Source: Rotaria socialis (Eukaryota). From it: 64,000 bases of DNA. The position numbers were made by a program, and so were the translations under genes. Location of the stretch: contig CAJNYD010000131.1 in assembly GCA_905331295.1 (NCBI GenBank), positions 1-64,000 on the forward strand. The letters are read 5' to 3'. The notes beneath the pieces are model-generated. The model did no database searches, had not been told where the DNA came from, and saw only the letters and a list, made by a program, of their open reading frames with translations. Positions 41,835 to 55,508 of the stretch are shown here, piece after piece (position 1 is the first letter of the stretch; every line of letters starts with the position of its first letter).

Positions 41835-44800
41835 TCAAAAAAGTAGATCAGTAGTTGTGGACATCGAACTCCATTGAATATTGTTTCCGGAATCAAATGC
41901 TGATTTGTGTTGTTTTAAAATAGAATGATTTGAAAGAGGTTTCGCGGGCGTATCTGAAGATGGCACTAGTTTCTGTCGAGCTAGTATTGAATAGGAATTT
42001 GTTGAAGATAAAATATCTGACGATTTCGATATTGTTACAGAACCATGTTGAGTTCCTAATTCATATTGATCGAGATGGGTCGGACGGAATGTATGTAATG
42101 TGCCTATCGAGAAAAACAAAATGATATTTATTATTATTATTATCATTATTAATAAATGTACCAATAAAATATAATTGTGATTGAATCTAATTTTAAAAAT
42201 TGTTTTCTTTTGAACAGATTATTTCAAGAAAGCAGTTTAGTTCTATAGGAAGAGGCCACCAGAAGTGTTCAAGATACAGAAATTTGACCGTTAGAAAGAT
42301 TTCCCTTGATTTCAACAGAAGAAACTAGTTCTGTATTTGATCTATTTGTTGTATAATCTCGAGATAATGCATATTGTAATCAGTGATACTTGATCTATGT
42401 CATAAACATGAATGTATATTAAGGTCTACTTTTACTTTCACCTTCACCTTCACACTTAACACCTAAATACTAAACTAATACGTATAATAGTGATCATAAA
42501 TGGTATTAAGTATATTCGTTCTTCGGCATGATATAATTATTCTACTACTAGCTGTCCTCTAATACGTGTGTCAGAAACGATTATTCTGTATTTCCTTCGA
42601 TTAGACGTATATACCAATATAAAAATTGGTTTAGCAAAAATCTCTATTTGATTTACTCACATCTCTTAATACCTACTTGAATAATAGTGAAATTCTATAC
42701 ATAAACTCAACAATCAAAAATATTTAAACATGGCGTGTGCTCGTGTAGTATTAACCTGATTGACACGATTATCGATCAAATACGAATCTTAATATTCAAT
42801 AAAAATGAATATAGAACTAATCTAATGATGTTTCTTTTTAGGTTCGACTGTAGAGATTACCCCAAAAAGAAAGTAGATCATCATTATAATGATGAAACGA
42901 AAGTTAAATCACCTATCAAATTTCATCAGTATCTTTTGATATCTATAGAAAATTTCTTACCTTTTGGCTTTAGTGGCTTTTCAGCGAGATTATTTGTATT
43001 AAATTCAGCATTGATTCGTGCTAATCGTTCAAGTTCATCATCATCAACATCATCGACATTGTTATTATTATCGATGGATTCATCTTCTATACTATTGATT
43101 TTCTTTCCCAGTGTATAATTTTTAATTACATTATGATTATGATTATGATTATTATTATTATTATTATTATCACTATTATTACTAACGCAATGGAGATTAT
43201 CAACAATCTCCATTTGATTTTCCTCATCAGAACCATCATCAATATGTTCAGCCATAACAACTTCAAACGAAGGATATTCGAAAGTATCAACATCATCAAT
43301 AAATTGTACTCGAGTATTCTAAATTAAATGATGAACGAAAAAAACGTCTAATGAAAATATATTTATAAATTGAAAAGCTAACCTTTTTAGCTCCTGAATA
43401 AATTGATGATTTAGCTAATTTAATGTTTCCACCAATAATATCAGGTGGATGAAGTAAATCAAGCGAGTTCGTCAGAGATCCTTGTTCTTCTTTGATATTC
43501 ATTTCCAGCGATGATGATGATGATGATACTGATGATGATGATGGTGGTGGTGGTGGTGGTGGTGGTGGTGTTATTGTATCTGGTAATGATGAATTTGTAT
43601 TTCCATTTAATTTATTTCCACCATAATATGTTACGGCTTTCGCTAGATTAATAACTGATCGAGATATGGGCATTGCTAATGGTGTATTAATAATATCTGT
43701 TTGATTATCTTTTTTCTCTTCATTTACAGTACGTGTATGATGATGATGAACAACAGGTTTAGTTAAAATATTTGTTGATGAAGAGTTTATTTGACAGAAA
43801 GGTTTTTTTATATTCATCAAATTTTCATTTGTTTTTTGCATATTTGTACGATTAAATAAAGCTAAACGGCTTTTAAAATCTAACGGTTGACAATCAACTG
43901 TTTCTGATACTAATTTTGATGGGAGTAAAAGATTTGGACGCGAATTATTCAATAGATTTGCTGAACATTCATCAACAATAACACTTAATGGAATGTTTTC
44001 ATGTGAAACTGTATGGCGACTTGTAGTAGATATTTTTTTCTCTTTATTTACAGTTTGATTATTAACAGACAGATTTTCATTATGAACTTGTTCATTGGAA
44101 GTTTTATTTGTTTCAGCCGGTGGTGTATGAGATATAACTAGGTCAGGATAGGATGATGCAACAAGTAATGATAATGTAGTTGATGATAATGGGAGCGTAG
44201 GTCCAGGTATAGTTGTTCGTCGTTGTCGCCATGCCATATCATTTGGTGATATACTACGTGAACGTGTCGGACTCGGAATATCACGATTTTGACTACTCAT
44301 ACGAGAACCCGTAGGTACTGATGCATTCATAATTTTATCAGCATCGTAACGACTTAAACGGATTTGTCGTTCGAACATATTTTTAACGGTGGTCACCGTA
44401 CCTAAAATTAAAAAGTAAAAGTAAAAGTAAAATACTAGTACATTGAGCTTAGAGATTTTTCGGGAATTTATGAGGCTCGTGACTGATTTGAATATGTCTA
44501 AGATATAATCTTTTCATTGTGTTATGTTCTATCTAGTATTGAAGCTAAATTTCTTAGTTATGTGACTCAAGGGAAACAACAGAAAAGATCAGGAAAAGTT
44601 TTTTTTTTCTAATATTATTTTCTTTTTTTATGTAAAAGATATATTTGATCAACAAATATGTTATTTGACTTCCTGTTACGTAGGTGCACGTTGTTATCGA
44701 GAATTAAAGGCCATTGCCAAGCATAGTATCATAAAACAAAATGAGAATTACTGAACAAACTGATATCTTCTCCATGCGTAAGATCCTATGAAACTGGTTG

Positions 44801-45402
44801 AAGCTCAAGAGATATTCATTATGCCATGTTCTTCTTTTTGAATCATTGCTTCTCTATTGATTTTCTTACAATTGCGTAACTATTCATGAAGCACTTATCC
44901 CAGATGAAAAATTCAATAATAGAACAATAACTAATTAACTAGAGCTCATGAGGATGAAGCCTTTGAGAATTTGCCAAGTATATTTGTCTCATCCTCCGTC
45001 TCTTCTATAGACAAATTATCAATAATTTTAAGATAAAAACATACCAGGTTTAGGTGCTTCATCGACATGTAATTCAGTATATGATTGCCGATGTGCTAAT
45101 GTTTTCTGCGAAGCACGTAATTTTCCATCATCATGAATATCATCATTTTGATTACTATTCTTTGTTGTATCTACAATAATTACATCTTGTTTTGATTGTA
45201 GATACGAAGTAAATTGTTCAGGTGCAACGCTGTGACCAGATAAATAATTAATTGAATTATTATGATTTGTTAAATTATCCTGACTACGCGATAAACGTGT
45301 GGTACGTTTTAATGGTGATGTGAATGTTTTTGATTGAAGTAGATTTTCGTTCGAAGCTATATGTGACGATTGTTTTAATAATGAATGACGTACTATTGTC
45401 GA

Positions 45403-45439
<37 letters not shown>

Positions 45440-45696
45440 TTATTGTTATTGTTATTTAATACATATGATTCATTTACTTTATCCAGTAAACGTTGTTTCA
45501 TAGAATTAACAACACCAAATGGTACATGATCAGTTGGTTGATCATGTTCATTTAATGGATTTGCTATAGAACGATTTTGTTGTGTTTGAGATGGATTTCC
45601 ATTATTAATACGACGATTTGTTGTATTAGAAAAATAAGTATGATGATGATGATGATTATTATTATTACCTGTGAACGAAGGTACTAGCACAGACAT
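41835..45696 (-). CDS. Bifocal/taperin(phostensin)-like PP1 regulatory protein, largely low complexity. Exons ~45696-45045, 44401-43383, 43318-42961, 42103-41835
   Basis: Spliced product has EAPKPG|TVTTVKNMFE, DFKSRLALFN, poly-Pro, IIGGNIKLAKSS...KK|NTRVQFIDDVDTFEYPSFE (RVxF PP1 motif followed by EYPS, as in taperin-family proteins), an acidic tract and C-terminal WSSMSTTTDLLF. Family assignment is from motif recall. Confidence 0.7.
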
Positions 45697-45821
45697 AGCT
45701 GACGATCAAAATCATGAACACATATAGTCGGTTTTTTTATATAATCTGAAATTAAAAAAATAATGAATTATTTACGAAATATGATCAATGGACAAAAATA
45801 AAATAATGAAAGAAGGATATT

Positions 45822-46139
45822 TTATTTCAATTGAATTTCACTTCTAAGACGTTCAATAAGATCATTTTGATTATCATCTGTTATTGATATGCTTAAAACT
45901 TTATCGCGTTGTTTATGTCCATGAATAATTTCTAATTGATTTGAAGGAATTTTTAATATACTTTTAATATAACTAATTAATTCATGGTTCGCCTTTCCGT
46001 CTTGTGCATCAGCAGCTATATCCATGCGTATTTCATTATTCGAATTTATTTCACGTATAGCGTTTGTTTTTGCATTTGGACGCACATGAATATTTAGTAA
46101 AAGATTAGCTGTTTTATTAACAATTGTTTTTTTCGACAT
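45822..46139 (-). CDS. UPF0235/DUF167 (YggU, C15orf40-like) protein, 105 aa
   Basis: LNIHVRPNAKTNAI...IAADAQDGKANHELISYIKSIL...LEIIHGHKQRDKVLSI matches the DUF167 pattern. Confidence 0.9.
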   Translation of the reverse strand: MSKKTIVNKTANLLLNIHVRPNAKTNAIREINSNNEIRMDIAADAQDGKANHELISYIKSILKIPSNQLEIIHGHKQRDKVLSISITDDNQNDLIERLRSEIQLK

Positions 46140-47063
46140 CTAAAATGAAAGAATATAAATTAATGATCTATAAAGGCAAAAGTGAATGTTCTTTCTTTAT
46201 TTAAACTCGACAAATATACTATAGTTAATCCAAGCAATCATTATCAACAATATCATTGAAAGTATCCCACTCTTTTCTCTCTTTTTCTTCTTCGTTCGAG
46301 TAAACAATTTGAAACTCGTTAAACATGTACATGCCTACCTATATACGCTTACTTACTAAACAATTGTATACGTACGCCTATATTCAATTTCGATTGCGAC
46401 ATCATAATGCTTTTCGTCTCTTTTTTTTCAATCACAAGTATATACATACATATACATCTTTTTAAGTTGGCGTAGAGTTAAATTGCACGCAAGACGAAGA
46501 CGAAGACGAAGAAGAAGAAAAAGCATGTAGTCTAGATGACATTCTTATTGCAGAGAAAAGAAAATTTATTTCCACTTGACAATGAATGGTGTGATGAAAA
46601 GAAAGAAGAAGGATAAGAATAAAAAGAAATATATACGAAGACCTGTATGTTACTTAGTGCTGCTATTATAGTGGTCATGTCACTGGTCTAAAATAATTCA
46701 CAGGAGTAGACAACACTACGTGTGCATATGCATCGGTTTATTTGTCTATGTAAATATGTGTGCCTTTCGCTTTTTTCGTGTATATAGACTGTCGTCAAAC
46801 AACAGGCTGCATCGGAATAAAATGTCTCGTATATGCCTTAGTGCTATTTCTTGCTTTCTCTGTCGACCGCTCTCTCTCTCTGTCTCTCTCATATCTACTA
46901 GTAATACAATGAATTTCCCTATCAATTACATTTTTTTTAAAGTTATTTTGACTTCAAATAGAAATATGAAAGCCGACTCATTAATCAGATCAATTATTTT
47001 TCTTTCTATGAATAGTCGAGTAATTTAGAGAAGAAAAAAATGAAATATATGTATAGGAATAAT

Positions 47064-47798
47064 TCAACTAATTTTACATTCAATATTATCATGAACGTTT
47101 TTCGACTCATGATTAACCAATGCACTATTATTTGATGATGTATTCTTATGTTTATTATTCAATTGATTGTTCAGTGTCGATGAAAGACTAGATGAATTGA
47201 ATGATTGTGTTTTTGTTTTACGATTACGCAATTCATTCAATAATGGAGAAGACGATGTATAACTATTTTTGAGATGTGATGAAGACGAAAGAGAACGATG
47301 ACGACGAACAGATGCTAGTTTTGGTCTAGATCGATTAGTTTTTTCTAAATCAACATTAGTCATTTGATAAGAATAAGTATCAGGTGAATGTATCAGATGA
47401 CTTCGTTCATATATATTACGTGCATCATTCGTCCATCTTTGTATAAATTCATGATGAAACCGTTTTATTTTACGATGATTCGATAGACTTTGGTCTGGAA
47501 TATTTTCTTTGGGCGATGAAACAATTTTTTTTGTCTGCCGTGATCTATTGGATTTTACTGGTGCATAATGACGATAAATTGGTCTAAGTAATGTCGAATC
47601 ATTTTCATTAGACTTGATTTCGATTGAATTACTAACAAAATACAAATTATTTTGTAATAGGTTAATAAATTTGAAAGCGATCTTGTATTAAGGATGTCTA
47701 ATTCACGATGGGTTTCCTTCAATTCGACGAATTCGCTTGAGCGATTGATTAAAAAGAAAAAAATTTTCTTTACAAATTCCGTATGTGAATGATCGCAT
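47064..47798 (-). CDS. Hypothetical Ser/Arg/Lys-rich, probably disordered protein (~220 aa). Putative exons 47798-47707 and 47631-47064
   Basis: A 190-codon open frame in AT-rich DNA. An ATG at 47798 joins it in frame through a 75-bp gtgaat...ttag intron. No recognisable domain; both ends uncertain. Confidence 0.45.
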
Positions 47799-49336
47799 CC
47801 TCTCTTGTATCCGCTTTCGGTCAACTCTTTCCTCCGTCGATATCCGGGTAAGGCCAACCTCTCTATGTCACGTTTATTTTGACTCCTCCCTTCTCCGTGT
47901 CTATTTTGAGCTGAACTGGCCCCTTGTTTCTTCTGCCCATGTCATTCAAGGATGCACCCAAAGGATTTCATAGCTATTAAAAATTCAAAAGAAAAAACTA
48001 GTCAAATGTAAAACGCTGAATTATTTCTCGTCTCGTGCGCAATGATGAGTAATTAAATGATAGTCGATTTTAAAAGTTCTTATCGCACACGTTTTTCTAA
48101 GGTGATAATTGAGTTCAAATTAAATAAGCGCCCGAAGAACTGTCGATATGTAAGATTCGACCATCCAATATTCACTCAGGGCGAAAGTCGATCTGCAATT
48201 GTGTCAATAAGAAACCTTTTATTAAATTATTGTTTGTCTTCAATATTTCCTACAGACTAAACATAACACTCGAGACACTACCTATGAACTATAGCGCGAA
48301 TGGCTGTCGGCATAAAAAAAAAAGAATCTAGTTCTCAATTAATCTTCGAATAATTACAATGGGGAAATCGACTTAAAGGTCAATAAAATATTGGTGGTAT
48401 GTTCGTAATTAAACATTGCATGTTGTAAAAAAAATGAAAAAGAATGCGACATTATTCAAACACAACCGATTGACTTAATCGTTTTCTGATATCAAAATGA
48501 AGATTAGACTAACACGATTGAAGTCAACATATCACAAACAGAAAAGAAATTTCTATTCGTTCAGTAGTCACATTTTTCAAGTTTTGATAAATCATAAAGA
48601 AGGTGATATCAAATGAATTATACTTGCTATACTATACTAATAGATTATAATCGATAAATGGAACTTGTAGACATGAATTCTTTTCATTTCAAGTCCATTG
48701 ATGAACGCATCATCAGTGTAAATGCATTAAGAAATTAAAAGCTTGTTGATTACTTAAACAATGAACATGTCTATGAGATTACGATCGTGTATGTTCGAGG
48801 CAGAAATTTTAATTTCTTACTTCAAGTAAAGAATGAAAGCAACAATAGGTCGCATGTTCAAAAAAAAGCACATGGCCATTGTTTCACTTATCACGAATGT
48901 TAATTTGCAGATATGTGATTCAGTCAAATACAACATCGCGTACAGGAATGCGGAGGGCATATTGAAAAAAAAACGATCTAATGAACATTTATCCTAGGAA
49001 ATATTCACATTTTGAAATTTACAGAAATCTAATAATATTATCGAATAACGAGAATCATTGCAGAGACAAGCTCTAAAATGAGGGATTACGGGAAACATTT
49101 TAAGTAAACTATCATACACTCTTATGTAAGGTTTCATAATCAATTAGTAGAGTTCATATAAACAATAGTCTTCATACTCCTACGTAACACGTCTTATCCT
49201 TTCATGAATTGTTTATTGTTTTTTTCAACCTTTCGCCTTCAAAATGCTACGAACATTCATTTTTTGTTTAATGTTTAGGATTTAGATTCATAATTAAAAA
49301 ACCGTTAACATTGAAAAATGATTCTCGGAAATGAAA

Positions 49337-50307
49337 CTATAACTTTTCAAACCTTTCTTTGTAACTTTCATCCGACGGTATCACTTGTGGTGTATCACTT
49401 TGAACAGAATTCTTGTCATAATTTGATCGTTTATTATGTTGAGTAGCAGCTGCAATCATGGTTGTCACGTCTTGTCGACGTTGCTTGGACGTACGATTTG
49501 TATTTTTTCCGTTAAATAAAATATCATTAGTACGACGTTTTGCTATTACTGGAGCCGATGTTTGTCTACGATGAGGTGTCGCAGAATTTGATTTTGTTAT
49601 TTGATTATTATTTACTTTTTGTTGTTCAGCTGCAGCAATTTTTTCATCGATTTCAGCCTTTTGTGCTAAACGTTCCTATTTTTGTAGGAAAAAAATTAAT
49701 TTGCAATAGAAACTAAAACAAACGATTAATTAATATGATTTACGAGTCGACTAAGCACAATTGATAATACTGTCATAACGTCGGTAATAGGTGCAGCAAA
49801 TAGAACCGTATCTTTCATTGTACTGGCACATTCCAAGCTACATATAAGTAATTTTAAATCATGTTCTAATTGTGAAAAAATAATTGATATTTCACGAAAA
49901 TCTCGAAGATCACGACGAGCAATCATTTTATCGGATCGAACGGCATCGTCGAAATCTTGAATTTTTTTTTGTAATTTTTGAAATTTAGCTTTTGTCTTCG
50001 GTTCAAGTACAAGCGGCGTATTTGGATAGCGTAGTCGGCAAACACGTAATTCATTCAGTGTTGCACGAGTACGAAGACAAGCAGTGCGTAGTAATTTATT
50101 GAACATCATTAAATCGAAATTAAGTGAAAATCGAAGACTACATTCAGGTAGACAAGCATCATCACTAATTAAACCAATTTTTTGATTGCGGACTGCCAGT
50201 AATTTTTGTACACGTAAAGCATCCATTATATTTAAGCCAAAATCTAATAATTTTAATGTTGCTTCAATCAATTGATTGATTAAATCTTCGGCCTTTGAAC
50301 AAGCCAT
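49337..50307 (-). CDS. Hypothetical 300-aa protein (helical N-terminal domain, basic disordered tail). Exons 50307-49744 and 49675-49337
   Basis: A 188-codon ATG-initiated exon, a 68-bp gtaaat...aatag intron, then a 113-codon in-frame exon ERLAQKAEIDEKIAAAEQQ...ERFEKL*. Family not recognised. Confidence 0.7.
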
Positions 50308-50923
50308 TGGTAAGAAAAATAAAAATGAATTATGAAATTAACAAGAGAAGAAGACAAGAACAAAATAGAACAGATTTTCTATTAGAATATTCTCTTTTTT
50401 TTATCGAATCGTTATTGAAAAATACGAATGATTTATCATTAGAAGTCTGTTGCTGTGGAAGATTTTTCATTTTATTTCTATTATTTATCAATAAAAATAA
50501 GATCTGTTTTATTAATTGATCGTTCAAACAAATGCGCGCCATATTTAGAAGCAAAAGAAAATATCTAAAAAAAACGTTAAATTAAGTTCAAAGATAAGTG
50601 CACACTAACAATGGTCATTATTGTTATACAATAACGAAGGTTTAAAGCTTATACAAATAAGAAACTGCTGATTAATCGCGAACAAAGGTTTGTACGTTGA
50701 ACAATTTCTAACCTACACTTTGTGAAAATTAGTTCTTACAGCGTCTATAAATCAAGTTCAAAAGCGATATCTTCTCCGTTTTTCTCTTTTCTTCTTTAGA
50801 ATGGCGTACCGTCAAATAACAATAATGTCACAGCAGGCTACCAACCAGCTCAATGTTACCGTTCAAATGATTGATGCGATGTCTGGAGTGAGTGAATGAA
50901 AGAAAAAGAAAAGAAGAATGTAT

Positions 50924-51009
<86 letters not shown>

Positions 51010-51313
51010 NAAACAAAACAACCAATTATCGGGGCCCCCCCCCCCCCCCCCCCCTGTAATTGATACTTAATTAGATCGTCAGCTGTTGAAATAATCTAGT
51101 TTGATAATATTTACGATTTAAAAACAACTTCTAGTATAGTTTTTGTTGTCGATGTCAATATTTTAGGATCAATTTACAAAATAAGATGTGTCCACAGAAA
51201 TTTTCTTCTCTCTCTCTATTTCTCTCTTCGTTTTGCTTCAATCGTTTTGGATAGGGAAACAATTATATCAATATAGTAATTCTATACCTAAAAACGCAAA
51301 CTGATCTAGCTAT

Positions 51314-52036
51314 AGTTTACAGGATTTACTGTCCATTGATTGAATAACTTTTTTTCCAATTAACGTCTTTCTCGTTTGAGGATTTACTGTCCGCTGATTG
51401 CCTCGAAGAATAGAAATGAACAGAAAAATATTTATCGCAATCAACTATGTATATTCAGAAAAAAAAAGAATTCGAGCAAAAATATGAGGAAATAACAAAG
51501 AGAATAAGGAATTGATTAATAAATAAACCAAAAAAGATGAATGGACGTTCAACTTTTTGGTGGACGCTGAAAATATCAAAGTCCAGCAGCTTTTAAGAAT
51601 GATGGAATATCGATAATCGAGGTAGCATAATTGTCGTTTACCATGGGTAGGTTCAGTAAATATAGCAGCCATTTTTAGCAAGAGTATGATAAGAAAATTA
51701 TGTTCTTTGAATTTATGTATATTTTTTATAATTTTTTGTCATATTAATGACTATCTTACCCCTCAATTGGATGAGCATCCGTCATTTTAAATTGAAAGTT
51801 TATTCAATAGTTTGCTCATTGGTGACTTTTTTGCTTTGCAACATTTATGTAATTTTTTGTTCAGAAAAGGGATTGACTGTCAAGACCATTGCTCATTTAT
51901 TAATTTATCTTCTTCGAAGCAATTAATGGACAGTAAATCCTCATACAAAAATAACGTTAATTGGAATAATATTTTTCCAATCAATGGACAGTAAATCCGT
52001 GGGCAGTAAACCCGCGGACAGTAAATCATGTACACG
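51314..52036. mobile_element. Non-autonomous TIR element (~720 bp)
   Basis: ~80-bp imperfect TIRs built from gatttactgtcc / ggacagtaaatc repeats; flanked by the direct repeat ctagctat(a) (8-9 bp). Confidence 0.8.
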
Positions 52037-53282
52037 CTAGCTATATACATGTATGTCGGCCTATTTCTTTCAATTAGTCATGTCTGGAAGAAAAGCAGTT
52101 AGCGACTATCAAGGGAATATATTCATCTGTCAAATCATCCGAGTTCAAGGTTATTTTTTTTTTAATCTGAAAGTCGGATATCTCGCCCATTTTTTCTGCT
52201 TGAATTAAATATTGTGTAGAGTACAATAAATTTTGGATTGAATATTCTTTTTTCTTTTTTTGGTTATGGTTTAGGCTTCATTTGATTTATCTCCTAAACT
52301 GAACTTTCCTAAATCGAGATTATATATTGTGGCATGCGTGCATTAAGGATGAGCTTACATCTGATTGCCTTGCTGAAGAGCTAGATCGTGAGTACAAGTT
52401 TTAAATATAAAAGTCTAGTAGTACTCTCTTACTCCGAGACAGAAGCGTGTGCGATAAATCGAAAGTAAGTCTACAATGCCCCCAAGAATCAAGTCGACAT
52501 GTAAAACCTAGCCTCGTAGTGGTATTTAGATTCAGCTACTATGTTTATGTGAAATTCATTGAGTAATAAGAAAAGAACATATGAAAAGTGCAAGAAAAGT
52601 TTATTTATGAATAACATAATAAATAAAACGAAGCCAAACGATAACAGAAACAAAACGAGAAAAACCCAACCCAATGAAAGAGAAAGCTCTTAATATATAG
52701 GCACAAACATCCACATCCATATATATAATCATCGGAAATTTTTTTTGCCTGTACCGATGTTTCCTGAGAAAAGAATGAATATATTTATAGATGTGTTTGT
52801 GTGTGTGCAAATATGAAAATCATGATATCACTAGATTTTTGATCATTCTGTGCTTGTGTCGTTTTGCTACACTATGTTTCAAGTGATAATATATATTCAA
52901 ACACACAATCACGTATCAATCACCAAAACAGAATCAACAAGAAGAAAAAAAAACGGTTAAATGTTGACTTGAAAAATGAGGAATACTTTGCAGGAAGAAA
53001 ACAGTTTATCATCGTAAGGATCTAAATTTATTCAATGTTTTCATCGAAAAAAAATAGTTCTTTTGTGTTTTTCTATGCGACTCAAATGGCAAATTGTGAA
53101 CAAAAAAGACAAAAAACAAAGTTAGATGCCGCTAGCAGAATTCTTATTTTTTTAACTGTTCATTATTTTTAAACGAGTCGCCTTGATGTCGTATGTTTTT
53201 ACTAAAAGAAGAACAAAAACATGCATTTCTTTCTATTGAGATTATAAGAGTAGTTATAAACTTACATTTGCTTTTCATTGTC

Positions 53283-55508
53283 TTAACTCTTCTCTTGTTT
53301 ATTATTTTCACCCTCGCTTGTACCACGTTTGCGACCTTTTTGTGGTAAACTTGCTGTTAAGTCATGATTAAGAACTTTCCTCTCCTCTAATTGTTTAAGA
53401 AGTGTTTGCAATTGTTCATAAACATTGGGAACATCTAAATGAATATCTTCGATATCATCGAATAAACGTAACATGCCAGTTTTAAGTTGGTCATAAGTAA
53501 TCACAGCTGATTTTGTCAATTTTTCAAGCAGACCAATTGTTAATTGTTGAGCACTAGAAATGAAATATGAACGATTCAAAATAATATCAAACTATTTTGA
53601 TGGAGTCATTTTTAGCTAATGCAAACTTGCCACATGAAAGGCCTATACTCACATCTACATTTCAAATTTCGTTTCTAAATTTTTAATATTGTACGAAAAT
53701 TTGTTTTGGTAACAATCTACTTTTCTACCTCATTTTATTCGATCTACTTTTAACAACAATTCAAACATAGACAAAAAAGTAAAAGATTATGAGTCGAATG
53801 AAAGGTCACGAAATTTGCTTTGTGAGTTGTTTCTCTTAACAAGTTACAAGCATCGCAATAGCAGAAAAGGGCGTTTTTCTGATCAATTTACGTTCTATTC
53901 AGCTGTGTGTATCAAGTCTAAATAATAGCATGTCGTATAAGACCTCTCATTGATTATCTACGGATGAACGAAAAAGTTTTAGTCTAATCAGAAGAAAACA
54001 TTTTGATTCACGGCTCCTATTTCTAGTCATACATTATAAAAATTAAAATAGAAAGTATTAACCTTTCAAGTGTTCCCGTTTTCTATCAAATCTCGAAGAA
54101 ATTCACACAAAATGAAAAGATATTTACGCTCAATATGTTATGTTTAAAATTTAAAGAAGAAAACAGATTGCTTTTGCTTATGTTCATTCAATAAACTAAC
54201 CGTTCCGTATTTTTGTCAAGACAGAAATCCATAAGTTCATAAACAAATTCATGAATAAAATGTGGTACATTTAATTCTTTCAAACATCGAATTATTTCAT
54301 CGACATCTCCACTATCATAATATTCATGAATAATAATATTCATTCTATCAGCTAATTCTCGTACAGGTCGGAAGCCACCTAAAATTTCAAAATATCTACT
54401 TTTAATTATCAGCTTGAAAAAAAAAAGATTTTTTGTCTTTTCATCATACTCGATTGTGCATTCCAAACATTATTCAGAAAATAGAAATCCCCCATTGATG
54501 CCAATGTTTCAGCTTTATCAAGTGCTGCTTGCATCTTTGGACATTTAACATTTCCTTTATATTTACCGAAATATTTTCCATCTGCATTATCAATGCATTT
54601 ATCGGCAATAGAACGAGCGATAAATTTACCTAAAAATTTGCAAAAAAACGTTTAAATAAAAGTAAGAATTATTCTTTTTACCAATGTCAGTTGAACATTC
54701 AGGATTATCAAGCGATAAATCATTCAATGATTCTAATAATGAATGAAATCCACTAGTATAATCATTCGAACGTAATATAATTCCATTAAGATCATGTAGA
54801 AGACGTGATATTAATTCTTTATGAACATTCGACTTTTCTAATGCTCTTGTAACAACATAAGCAATTAATTCGCCGCCACGTTGTTTGAGGTCAAATTTTT
54901 TCAACAATTGTGCAACATCATTTGCATCACCATTTACAAAATACTCATCAACCAATGGTTTAACATCTTTATCCATGCTTTCGATTACCTCTAATTTAGT
55001 GAATTTTACTTCTAATGGAACGTTAGATGATTCAGCAACAAGTTTAGCTTTAGCTTCGTTATATTGTAAATCGGCTAAATCGTCATCGTCTAACTCTTCG
55101 TTATATTCTTCGAGTAGTTCAGAGCCTGGTACACCCCATGTGAAACCACCACCACCGCCGCCCTTCTTTGCTAGACCACGACCTTTTCCTATTGAAAACG
55201 AAAATAAAAATGTTGCTTTTTTTTAATTAGCTAAACAAGAAACCTTGTCTTGATTTTCGATTATATTTCTTTGAAATCTTTGCATTTTTTTGTAATAAAT
55301 GTCCATGTACATCTGTTGGTGATCCAACTAATTGTGTATTTGAATTCGAACCTGAATTTCGACGTATTTGTAAACGTTTACGTTCAGCTGCTGCTGCATT
55401 CGCATCACCACTAGCATGTGAATGGGATGTTTTATCAGTATCACACGATGAACTTAGTTGAGCAATCAATGCTTCTACTTCGGCTTTTTCCTCCGCCGAT
55501 GAACTCAT
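53283..55508 (-). CDS. PDCD4: Programmed cell death protein 4 (two MA3 domains), about 5 exons
   Basis: RKSRQG|KGRGLAKKGGGGGFTWG, LVDEYFVNGDANDV, DLSLDNP, FIARSIAD, IIHEYYDSGDVDEIIRCLKELNVPHFIHEFVYE, DIHLDVP, KGRKR. Confidence 0.95.

Noticed and set aside
47770..47971. ATG...GAA-TGA-CAT frame continuing >50 codons on the minus strand, suggesting selenocysteine or readthrough
   Set aside because: No selenoprotein-like motif or SECIS could be identified, and a conventional ATG at 47798 explains the downstream exon.
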